Of a stretch of 64,000 nucleotides of DNA, positions 1 through 12,200 are shown piece after piece. The translations under genes and the position numbers were made by a program. The stretch covers positions 304,465 through 368,464 of the forward strand of contig NMRA01000007.1 in assembly GCA_002633005.1 (NCBI GenBank). Direction: 5' to 3'. Every line of letters begins with the position of its first letter. Positions within the stretch are counted from its first letter, which is position 1. The DNA comes from Phoronis australis. Lineage: Eukaryota; Animalia; Phoronida. The notes beneath the pieces were generated by a model. It ran no database searches. It saw only the letters and a program-made list of their open reading frames with translations, and was not told the DNA's origin.

Positions 1-19
1 ATATTATGTCAGGAAAACT

Positions 20-316
20 TTAGCGGGAATCTCGCGCGGGCAACCACCATTCAGAATCAATGATGCTGTTTCATTCAATAACAATAGGTGTCGCTGTTAT
101 CTTGAGTTGAACTAACATGGCGGTGTCCACCGGGAAATAGTGCTAACTGAAATTTGACGATGAAATGTGAAGGAAATGCGGTAGGGGATCAATTCAAATA
201 TTTTTGGAAAGGTGACGGCATGAGGAATCGAACGATACCAAACTCATATGTGTAAGTTATTGTCGTCATATTGTAAACAATTACCCATAACTTTGAAGTG
301 GAATAATTCGGTGAGT
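20..316 (+). promoter_or_regulatory. Promoter-like region with probable non-coding first exon
   Basis: CpG-rich; TCTCGCGCGG at ~30, YY1-type AACATGGCGG at ~114-123, strong donor G|GTGAGT at 310/311. Which gene it belongs to is not resolved (PRDX5 5'UTR is possible). Confidence 0.4.
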
Positions 317-2172
317 ACAACAGCAAGTCGGTTTTATGCTTAGGCGGACGACCATTGGGTTCCCGAGTATACGATTTGAAACTGAGTACAATTCACTTTT
401 TATTGCACTTGAAAGTATCTGAGATATAAATATCTCAGCTCTCACTCATTGACTCAGCCTCAGCCCTCAGCCAAGGCACAGGCATCCTCAGCTTCTAATC
501 GTCCCCAATACACTACTTGGGGACGATCAGAAGCTGAGCTGTGGGCCCAGGGCAGGGCCTCGGCTCAGGACAAAGACAACTTAGTCAAGAAGAATTTAGG
601 AAGATAACCTATTGAAAGCAACCTTGGCCACATAGCCAGGAGGATGTTTATATGTGATAACATAAGTGTCACACAAAACGTAAGAATAATGCCACTTGTG
701 CATTAATTCAACTTTCAAACACCTGAAAACATACCCTCAACCTGTCCACTGTTTACTGTGATTCAGTTTGAAAATGTCCGCTTTTCATTAGCACATGCGC
801 AATGAGGCTGATGTAACACCGGCTCTCAGTTCTCAGTCCTATAAATCTTTTTTTACTATTTAGTATTAAAAATAACAGTAGACGTCAAATTTATCTGTCA
901 AAATTACAAGAAAATAAGTTTTAGTTTTTAAATGTCTTAAAAACTTATATTAAGTATTTGTTTGCCGGTGATTGCCAAGGTCAATCTCGCTGACGCGATA
1001 CTCATTCACTAGGTGGAGCTCCGGCTTATATCCGCTTGACGCTAATTTGGTTCCCAAGCAGAGCTGTAATTAGCACAGGTGAAGGTAAAGATCTAGGTGC
1101 ACTCACGAAATTTCGTTTACAGCCAAGCATCTTTTTCCAGAATGATGCTTTTTTGTAGAATTGTCGGTAAAACAATCACATTTGAGCTGAATAGTTGCTA
1201 GTTGTAGACGTCTGGTGAATCATGTGACTGAAGAGAAACTGAAAGGTGATGAACCTTCTAATCTCTTAGCTTAGTTCGACCTTAGCCAGACAACTATCTG
1301 TATGAAGACTATCGTCAAAATACAGCACTGTGTGCTCTGTTAGGCACTGAAATTTTACACAGCCCAGGTAGCTCTGCTCGTCACCTTGTGAAAGTTATAT
1401 CAACATGCAGATCTAGGACCAGCGCCAGCTGGGTTGCATGCAAAATCTGGGAGTCGACCGACAGTCACCTTGCCCGTTGCTGCTGTTTAATATATGTCAT
1501 TTTTTGCATAATTCACTCCCGTTTGTAGCAAAGAAAAGTTTGTCGTCGTTTTGAAAATAGTATGTTGTGACACACACACACGAGCCATTTCCTCAGTTAC
1601 GACGTCTCTCGGGAGATGATGACAGTATTGCCGCAGCAAGATTTGTTCTGAAATTCAGTTTGCTGGTATTGATATGCCAAAAACTTGTAACGAAATGAAA
1701 CCAATTCTGATAATTTGTTGTGACATGTACTGATGTACGCAACAGAAAAACAGTTACATGAAGAATCGGGGAGAAAAAGAAACTGGCCAATAGGTGATGC
1801 AATATATAAGTGTGCTGACCCAAAAGATGGCACCACAATTTTAGCAGCAGAATAACAGTAGAGCACCAACTTTTCCAACGTGAGTAAATAATTTAGTTTA
1901 GTCAAGGAAGAGTGTAGTTTTTAATGACACTAATTTTGTGTCATTTTTTATTTGGTCATTTTTTTAACCCACATCAGCACAAAGCTGTATATTTAGTATA
2001 CAGCTTAGCATCAAAGCCAAGACTGGGCAGAAAGAATATTTCTGAAAAAAATATCCTTCCAGAGTATTTTTCATGGAATAGGGATGAAATCATATCCCCA
2101 AAAACTTTGTGGAAAGGGGTGAAATTTTGACTCCCTTATTCAGGCATGGTAACGGAGCTTAAACTCCACATG

Positions 2173-2234
2173 CCCCTGAGGCAGTGGACATTTCCCCTTA
2201 GGAAGTGGACATTTACCCTTAGGCAGTGAAATTT
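2173..2234. repeat. 22-bp tandem repeat x~3
   Basis: CCCT(G/T)AGG(C/A)AGTGGACATTT repeated. Confidence 0.7.
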
Positions 2235-4687
2235 ACAGGTATGCAGCCGCCTTTTCGGTGACTCTGGAAAAACATGAGTGAAATGAAATGTAACAAAACT
2301 CAAGAAGTAACCTTTCTAGACAATGCCGACTCACTGTCATATAGGTGATTGTACTCCATGGTCATCTTTATATAGGTGTTCTAGAAAGCCCCATAGGATT
2401 AAGAGCTTATCACCTTGTCAGAATTACAGCATAAACTTAAAAATAACACTATAAAAACCCTTATTTAAGTTCTCTTCCTGATTCTGTGAATACATGATGT
2501 CTTCAGCGCCACAAATTTTGTATATACTTTATGCTTCTTGTGTTTAAATGTGTAATATTTAATATTGGTGTGACTTTTATCTGTGCAGACAGTCATAGTA
2601 AAGCGATATACTGTACATGCATTGATATTGGACAATATCTTGCCAGTTATTTTTGGTTTCAGCATGGCAACTCATAATGCTGAAGAAAACCTTTGCTGGC
2701 ATCAATGTTAATGATAGTTTTGACCTAAAATAGTACACACCAGGGCTGTCATGAATTTGCAACCTGACAGATATGTGGAATTGTGGGTAATTGTCATATA
2801 ATATAGAGTGGTGGCATGTTAATTCAGTATGGGTCTATTACCTATGTCTATGTTCTGTCATGCTGCACCTAAATTTGGTTTGCCATTTGTTTTGCAATCA
2901 TAAAATTCAACTTTGAATTCCACAGACTTGAGCGCCATCCACTTTTCCTTTTCTGTGAAATCTTCAGTACTTCAGCTTTCACAAGGTTATATGCAGTTCA
3001 CAACAAATCACCTCTTTCAGTTTCACTTTGCTTTAACTTTTGAGGCGTTTATGAACATTATTTCTCGTCACTTTGCTTCACTAAATTGGTCACCGAAAGT
3101 TCAAGCAATGTGCTTTTGCTTTAAATTGACATTTTTTTCTTTTTTTGTTTCAAAGTTGTGAGTGCAATGAAAGTAAGTGATTTTTACCGTATGTCCCTGC
3201 GTTTCTTTTAAATGGCGAATTGATGAATTACATATTGCATAAATATGTGAATTACTAAAATTAAAAGCCCAACTTCAGTCTTCCATAGCCTTTATCACCC
3301 CTAAATTCGAGTGCAAACTGTTTGAAAAATGTGGTAAAAAGGGCTGTGGATGGGCAGAAGCTGGGTAACTTTGATCAAGAACAGACCTTGAATGCAATTT
3401 TATCCTTGGGATTATTTCTTTGATTGTAGCAAGTGTCACCAATGTTTTATGTGGTTCCCATTAAGTTTTAGTCCATTGTGTCAAAGATCTTGCGACTGTA
3501 GTGAGAAGTATGACCCCAAGAATAGAATTCTGTTTGCTCCTTCAGCAAACTCCTTTAAACAATGTGTTTAAAAACACAAGTGGTTTAAAAGCTCTAGAGG
3601 CTCTGCTCTTTCCATCAATAGCATTGGAAATGTGCTTGTCCCTCAGTTAAAATTGAATTTCTTGTTTGCGGTCACCCACATCATCGTATGTCACATCTAG
3701 TAGTGGTGTTGCTGAATCATCAGAGTCATGTATATCCCTGGTTGATGAATTGACATTCAATGTGCTGTTGACATGTGGTCAGAAATCCATGGAAACAAAT
3801 TATGCTAAACCTAAATGCATGATTAATTGTAGATTGTATTGGTGAGGGTACTAGCAGAAATGCGAAAATAAAATTTGACTATAATTTGGTGTGGTAAGAA
3901 CTTTAAAAATCCTTGACTTGAGTGATTGTGTTAGAATTGCCATTATTTCATTGTTCTGTGTTTTGGAGTAATGGTTTGCATTCACTTTGAGTCCCATGAA
4001 ATGAAACATATGCCAACTTTTTGGTTTTGTTCCTTTGGTCACATCTTTGAAAACCAACACTTGCTCACTCACTGATATCAGATCGGTTGAGCTGTTTTGT
4101 GCATTCTTGCTTATTTGTTTGCCTTTATATTGATGCTCCGTAAAAACCACGCTCATTCAATGCAGTTCTTTGTTTTCCGTACAACAGAATACTGTGCATT
4201 ATAACATATAAGTAATTATGCAGTAATGTACAATGGGTCAAGGCCTTTCACATTGGCAACAGGACGTCATGATAGCCTGAATTGGAATTTTTGTTTATCT
4301 CTGCTGTAGCGCCCTCTGTCTTAAAATCGAACGCTGCCAAACTACAGCCTAACGGAGCTGTCCTGTATGATGCTGATTTCCGTTTTTTAGGATTTTTGGT
4401 ATTGTTCGATTTTTGGTATTTTTTCGTGATTGTGATAGGTAGCTTCATTTAATGAAGATTTAAGGGTGGTTATGTATTGTAGCATTCATTACCATTGGGG
4501 CTTTCTGGGAGTGATGACACGAACAGGTGTGGTCCTCTAAATTGACGCCATTATGTCATAATAACCTTGTAGGAGAGTAAAGTTTTGTCGGTGGGAGCCT
4601 AATTATATTTAATGATACCGTTTGTTTGGCAGGTGACGACTTCTTTGGAGGGATTGACTGTGAGCTTACCGTTGTGTTTAAAAGCAG

Positions 4688-7600
4688 ATGCTTGGTCCTT
4701 GTCGTTCAGTTGTGCAGTGTGTGATCAGCACTAGTCGTCGTACGTTCCTCACAAGCTCAGTCATGGGAGTCAAGGTATGTGACACATCCTTAGGGTTATG
4801 TTGGACCATAGAAATTTGGCTTCCTTTGGAATGTCTTATCTCAAAAGTGGCTGTTCAGTGGCTGTTCAGTTTCATGCGAAATTTCTGATACGTGCTTTAT
4901 GCACTGTTTTCCAAAACTGTTAGAAATTGTTTTTGAATGTTCCACTTTTGTATGACAGGCTATCAAAAATAGGACTTTACAGCTACCCATTGTTACCAAT
5001 GTGTTTAGGAAGTATTATGTGGAACACAAAATCCCCACCTAGTGGTATAGTGTTTGCGATGCACTGATGCAGGCTCAACTCTATGAATGTTTTGACTTGC
5101 ATTGCAGTAAATACCTTTGCTTAAACTTCCCTAATATTTAACTTATTCACCTTCAAGGCATTACTACTAGACCAGCAAAGAAAGTTCTACAATGCTGACA
5201 TTAGAGTATTTACTTAAGAGATAACAGTGTTTACCTTAGTCATTACACAAAAAAATTTCAAAGAGAGGCGCACTTTCTTTTCATGAGCTTATCAGCAGTT
5301 TTGCAAACACCAAAGTTTAAAATACGCTGTAGTACGCTAACCCTGTTTGCACAATCTGATTGTTGTAAATGTCTACACACAATGATCAACTCATATCAGG
5401 CTGATACTACTGCATTGCTGCGTGAGTGCTGTCATGATTTCCCTCAGTGCATAGTATACAGCCTTTGATCCATTCACAGCAGAACAATTAGTTATGTGTC
5501 AACAATAACAGGCAGTGTTGTCAGCAGTCTCTTGAGCTGTTCAATTTGTTGTAGGAAAATTGGATGTGTTTTGTGTTTAAACGACAAATCATATATATCG
5601 GATCATGAAAAATTGTGTCAGCGTCTGCCCACATGGTACGATTTGTGGTACATAGCAATCGGAACATGTAGACAGCTCTCGTCTAAGGTCAATGCTGTGT
5701 TGTTTGCAGTGATTTCTGAAAATCATTATTTGAAGGAACTGTCTTATATATTAATTTTGTTTCATGCAGAAAGTTGGAAGTCTTAATGAGTAATTCCTTA
5801 AAAACTTTTTCATTTTTGAAATTAATGTTGAGCAAGCCCTAAGGTTAAGCAAAGTATGGTAAAGTCCCGGCAGTTTAGGACGCAAGAAGGCAGACAAGTG
5901 GAATTTTCTTAATTTTTCCATTAAGTTCCACAAAATAAAAGCTTTATCAGTCTTGAGTTTGATAACATAGCTACCATCAGCCAGTGTTTTGAGAAAGTGT
6001 GGTCATTCGCAATGTTAAAAGTTGATTTTAGGTATTATTCCTGTTCAAAATTGGTTAGATTTTACTGTATATTTAGTAACCGTTCACGATATCCAGTTGT
6101 CTGGGTTTTATAAACTTGTTTAGCTTGTTCTCGACAGATACCACCATTCATAATTATTCGATCATTCATCCATTTTTATCCAGTATGTGCTGAGCTGTTA
6201 CCCTTGTTGCAGGTTGGCGATCGGTTGCCTGATGGTACGCTGCTTGAAGGTACGCCCAATAACACAGTGCAGGTGAAAGATCTGTGTGCAGGTAAAAAGG
6301 TGGTGCTGTTTGCTGTACCCGGTGCCTTTACCCCTGGCTGTTCCAAGGTATAGTACTTGTTCGAATAGATTTTGAAAAACTTCATGTTGCCTTTTTTTTC
6401 AATTTTTGTCAGCTAATGAAATTTGAAAACAACTGTTGTACTTCTCAATATCAGTTAGATTTTGACTTTAGGAAGATGGAAAATTGAGTTGTTAATGTGT
6501 AAAACATTAAAGTAACATTTTTGGTCAGTTGCTTGGGAGAAGTGCACTGTCTTGTAGTATAGCAGTTTACTTCATTAATTTGTTAGGTTAGCCCTATATG
6601 AACTACGGAAATCTACTCATTACTACACAGTCTGTCAAAGTTCATCTTTTAGAAGTATAAACTCTAACTTGTTATTGTCAATTTTTCGTCATCAAGACTG
6701 TTTAGTCATGTCTCAACCACAACATCTCCTGAACTTGATTGAAAATTTTAAATTGACGTACTACACATCTTCCAAGTTTCCAGTGACTAATGTCTTGTAC
6801 ATGTTATTAGGTTTCATGCATGCTATATTCTACCAGCACATGGGTGACATTTTGTGACTCTGTATTAAGTTATAGACTGTTTACAGCCAACAGTTCTCTA
6901 CTTCAGACTCATCTACCTGGTTTCGTTCAGCAAGCGGAAGCCCTGAAGTCTAAAGGCGTAGATGAAATCGTCTGTGTGTCGGTGAATGATCCATTTGTTA
7001 TGGCTGCTTGGGGTGAAAATCAGAAGGCAGAAGGGAAGGTAAGGAGTTAGGGTAGAGATTTGCTCAGTAACTGTACTTCAGTGATGGATGGTTGAGATGT
7101 CCTGGTTTTTATGTTAAATTTACATGTTTTAACATTTTTTTTTCAAATGTACCAGACAATCTTACACAAAAACTTCTAAACGTGTGTTAGAACCACACTG
7201 AATCGTACACTTGAACCTTTGAATCACACACATACAAACAACCACAACTTCGTTAATACATGTTTGTTTTCATTTTATTTTATTTCCTGGTCATATTGTT
7301 ATGGTATTCATCTGTATGCATCTTGCATGATTCACTAACCGGTACTAATCTTAATGTTATTTGATTTTGTAGTTTCCCCCCAATAATACATTATAAGTGA
7401 TTATTTGAGTGCACTGTCATTCTTGGTCCTGCTACATATGAGGAATGGGATTATTGGGGACGTAATTTTTTATTTACTGTTTACAGTTTTGTTCAGTCTT
7501 TCTACGTTAACTCTATTACTGCAAGTTGTGATGTCATCTTACTTAGCTATCATTGTCTGTGTTCACCTGAGGCTGTGATTTTGCGTCATTTGACCCAATT

Positions 7601-8858
7601 AAACCAAAGAAGACGCATGTAGAATTGATGCGTTTGTCAACTTGGATGTAATTTTGATTAAGAAATAAAGGTAAACAAACTATCATTTCTTGATAATCTT
7701 TGTTTTCTATTGATAAAGGAACCACAAGGTTTGAATCTTCCGACATTAACATTTTGCTTACTTCCAAGCGAGTGTAATTAACGATTTCAGGACTGCAAGA
7801 AATTGAAAGGGACCCCAATTATTTTGGAAGATGGGTCCATTGGACTCCAGTATTTGGAAGTGTGGGGCAATAACCAAATAGCTTATATCTGCAATGATAT
7901 AGTTCCCATAGTGGGAATACCTCCATTTGTATGATCGTTTAGGTACTACGTGTTATGATTCATTGTAAGTGGGAATCCCCGTTTGTAGGATCGTTTAGGT
8001 ACGTGTAATGATTCATTCCAGGTTCGTATGCTGGCTGATATTAGCGCAGAGTTCACCAAAGCTCTGGAGCTGGAACTGGACGCAACACCATTCTTGGGAA
8101 ATATCAGATCCAAAAGGTTTTGTTCATTTTTTTCCATAAACTTTGAATTTTGTAACTTTTGGCAAATGATCATTGAGTGTTGTTTTTCAACAAGTGTTTT
8201 TGATTTGCAAAGTGAATCTTTGCATTTTTACTGAAATTGTGTTTTCCTAAATAAATGTTCTTCTTCCACTGAGTTAGAAAATCATAAATCTGGTCAGCCC
8301 ATCCAAAATTTGACCACTTCTGTTTCATTGTGGCTCAACTCTCAATTTCAACTGAATGTTGAAACTGACGTTATCGTGTTTTGAATTCGTTTTCTGTCAC
8401 TAAAAAACCTACAGGTGATTTATACCACTTTGTGTTACAAAATTGGTATTGGCTTGTTCCCGATGGAGATTAGAGGCAATTTCTGGCTTGAGATCTGAAT
8501 GTTCATTTATATGCAGACAACCAGCCCAGTAAAGCTACCTTTCTGATCCTGGTTTGGAGCAACTATCAATTTTACTAAAGCCCAATAACCACTTCTGATC
8601 TGACATAAGTTTTTTCGTGGAAAGTGGTCAGATTCAACTGTTGATTGTTTAACACATGGCAGGTTTATTACACCAAGATAATGGGGTTAATTAGCACGTC
8701 ACACAATTAATCACTATGTGCAAAGACTTGCATCTAAGTAAAAATTATTTGTTTTCAGATACTCCATGGTGGTGGAGGATGGTATTGTCAAGTCCCTCAA
8801 CGTGGAGCCCGATGGCACTGGTCTGACTGTCAGCTTATGCGACAACATTTCAGTCTGA
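4688..8858 (+). CDS. PRDX5: Peroxiredoxin-5 (atypical 2-Cys Prx), 5 coding exons, ~182 aa with N-terminal mitochondrial-type presequence
   Basis: Exons 4688-4774, 6213-6347, 6907-7038, 8022-8116, 8759-8858, all GT-AG with compatible phases (0,0,0,2). Translation contains VGDRLP...[18 protein letters not shown]|THLPGF...[14 protein letters not shown]...VRMLAD...[27 protein letters not shown], the Prx5 signature with the peroxidatic Cys in TPGCS. Second in-frame ATG at 4763 (MGVKVGD). Confidence 0.96.
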
Positions 8859-9182
8859 ATTTCGGAATACGTCGGGATTCAGTGCACGTTGTAGATCATG
8901 TAAAAGGCAAACATTCTCTCAAGTTTAGCCCTCATAAAAAACAAAATGGCGCATTAGTAAGAACAGTGAGTTGTCACTGTTGCGCTATTTAGATTCTCCG
9001 AACAAACGCACAAGCCATTCAACAGTAGAACTCGTGGGTGATTGGTAACTGTATGAATTTTCACTAGTTGTGCTTTGAGTGTATCTGTTTGCTAATAGAG
9101 TAGAATCTTTTCATCTCGAGAAAGTATTGTATTTCAATATTAGTGCATTACATGTGTTACACAGTGCTTGGATGGAATGAAA

Positions 9183-9226
9183 AATAAATCGGTGTGTCTT
9201 TAAGAGCAATCTAGTTTAAATTTATT
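9183..9226. terminator. Back-to-back candidate polyadenylation signals (PRDX5 +, PRKAB -)
   Basis: AATAAA (+) 9183-9188; TTTATT (AATAAA on -) 9221-9226. Confidence 0.4.
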
Positions 9227-12200
9227 TAGAGATACATTAATCACTGTAATTTAACATCTTAATTATTTACAAGTCAAAAAACCATAGAGCACTGCAGAAA
9301 AGTGTGCTGTTAAAATTATTGCTTTTCAATTCCAACCAAACAGAATCAAGTTTCCAAGTCAACTTTAAGTGTTACTTGATCACAAGATGAGCTAGCACAA
9401 CACTGGCCCTCCAAGTCCCCACGTGCTATAACAGAGAATGGATTCGTGCTCAATGAAAAATCACAGTCTGTCACAGGGGTATCTCAATTGCCACAGCTTT
9501 TTTGGTAATTTAGCATATAGAAATAACATCAGCTTTGCTTTTGTGAGTGACCTCCAGTGCTTGCCACACATTCCCACCAGGACTCATAGTTGTAGAATCA
9601 AAAATTGAATACTCATTATTATCTCCAGTTGATAAGACAAACGTAACCTACCGGTTTTGTGTCAATGCTTCCAAGCAGAGCAACTGAGACGCACAAGTAC
9701 AAACAAAATCTGCCATAAGTTACCAGAACAAAAACATGTAAACTGACCCACAACATTCCTAACTTCATTTTTTTCTCATAACTAGATACTTCTGTCAATA
9801 TGACATTAATCAACACAACATAGCATAAATCAACTTAAAATGACGAGGGGCAGGAAATTGAAAACAAAAAGGACGCAAGAGTGCAGCACGAACAATGATT
9901 ACATATTAGGCAAAAGCCCCCTTTCATTGTGACAAGTTTAATGTTGGCATCACCACGAGAGCTTTGTATCATGGACTGACTAAATGCAGAAAGCGTAAAC
10001 AGTGCCTTGTGTATTCGTTTTATCAACACTGCTCAGACAATAGGGTTTCCTCGAGGTAAAATTTCTTGATCATGAAAATTAGTATGTCAGACTCTCAACA
10101 GGTGAGGCTACTCACATATAAGCCCTCCATGCTGAGAGGTCACTCGATAAGAACAGAGCATACCGGCTGGAGTTATGGTAGATAGTTGTTAGTTGGCAGA
10201 TTCTGTGTCCTGCACTGTGATGTGAAGTGAGCAATCCAATCAGTTATGGTATCTTGTTCTATTCTGTTTGACAATTTACCCCATTATATTTGCCTAATAT
10301 CAAAACGGTCATGCGGCACTTCAGTGTCATTTTTGTTTTCAACTTCCTGCTTCTTATTTGGCCAAAACGTAATATTACTAAACATGACTAACTTGGTATG
10401 AAGACATCCCCATGACAGTATGTACAAGTCTTGTTTATGGCTGGAGTCAAGTGGCGGGGGACCAGACCCACTGCCAAAACTCTAAATAGTTTCCATTCAC
10501 ATTGCGTTGACTTCTCATTTCCCAAGAATTCCCCAGGATATAATTTTCATTTTCCATTAAGGCATTTTCCTAAAAGTATAGTACTTCGACAAAGAACTGT
10601 TACACAATTGTACACATTGCAAAATGAGGCTAACAGAATTGTTCATGAGTTACTATCTTTTCGTTTTCAATGAGTTTTTCATGGATGGATCCAAAAATAA
10701 TTTTGGGTTTCCTATGGTGGATTAGAAGTGTTTACAACAGTATGTCACACATACGTTCACGACAATGTTACAATAGCCACTTATTCCATCGTCCAACTGT
10801 AAACTAAGCTTTTACAGTCGCAACAAAACAGTCTACACAGTCACACAGTATTTTTCAGAGTCTACATCTCTTTGCATTAATGTTGCACCACTTTTCAAGA
10901 TAATTGATGTAACACCTACATTTATACACAAACTTGAACTGGTCTCACTGACAACAACGGTATTACTTGAAGAAGTCACCGAGTTTCTTCATTTTAAAAA
11001 TATGGCAAAGCATGCTTAAATTAGCAATAAACTAGTCTCCAATCAATTATGGAAAAACCTTGCCAAATTCAGACATAAAATAGTAACAATTGCTCCTTTT
11101 TATTTCCAAGGTCTCGTAACATTGCAAATGTCCACAATGTTTTAAGTGTTTTCCGAGATGATAGTGCAGAACTAAAACGAGGTGCTACAGATCTTAAACA
11201 AAATGAAATGAGAACATAAATTTCACTTGCCCACAATATTGTATCCTGAATTGGTGAGGTTTTATATTTGATTAAGACCACTTCTTGCTACAAACTGATT
11301 TCAACAGCTCCACAAAGTTTGTTACCACTGCAGACCATGCACGGCCCAAAAAATTGACGCTTCAATTTCTTGTGCCTGTCTTGTCAATTGTGCCTTTCAC
11401 GTCTTGCAATCCCAGAAATCCTTACTAGACCAAGGGCCAAGGTGAAACCAGTTTTATAACAGTTTGCCGTCTAACTCATAAATCTTGACAAAAGGCAGGT
11501 TTAAAGCAGTTTTTAACTAAATCTGCATCCATTTCTAATGGGCCCTCACATACAATCTAAACACAAGAGTTCATTCAGTGAAAATAACCCCTGAACTGAC
11601 CGTGTGATTGGTGATAACATCTGTGAAAACTACATATTGGATGTAAAACGAGGAATTATGCCTGGGCAGCGTTCCGTAGACCCAATACATTGGCTATGCA
11701 CTTATAGCCAGAAATCTGCTTATGGAATGGAAACGGCAAATTCCATCCCACAGTTTATGAATTCAATCCCATAATGCAACATTTCAACAGACAATCACTT
11801 CAGTGGAACCTATTTCATTGTGTCACGCAAGTAATGTTTTCCACTCACATGATTTTGTATTGCTTTGGGTTATCTCACTCTTCTTGCAAAAAAGTCAGTC
11901 AATCGAACGCTACTCAGACATGGATAACCACTACAAATGGAAGGTATAGTTTATTAAAAAGAGGGCTTTGAAAAGTTTTGGGAAACGAAACTGAAGAAAA
12001 CCTACAACACACAAACTTCTTATTTCTGAGGGTAACACACCATGAACTGATCTGGTAGATAAGGCTGAAGCAGTAAATAAACAAAGTTGCCAGATTCAAA
12101 ACCGAACAACTATTTATCACAGAAGTGAACATATTAAAGAGGCTATAATCGCACTTTCAGTCATCAAAACTAAATTTTGATTTAGATGGCTTGAAATTGG

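Noticed and set aside
8856-9200. TGA of PRDX5 as selenocysteine
   Set aside because: TGA falls at the normal C-terminus, not at a catalytic position, and no SECIS-like stem is evident in the 3'UTR.
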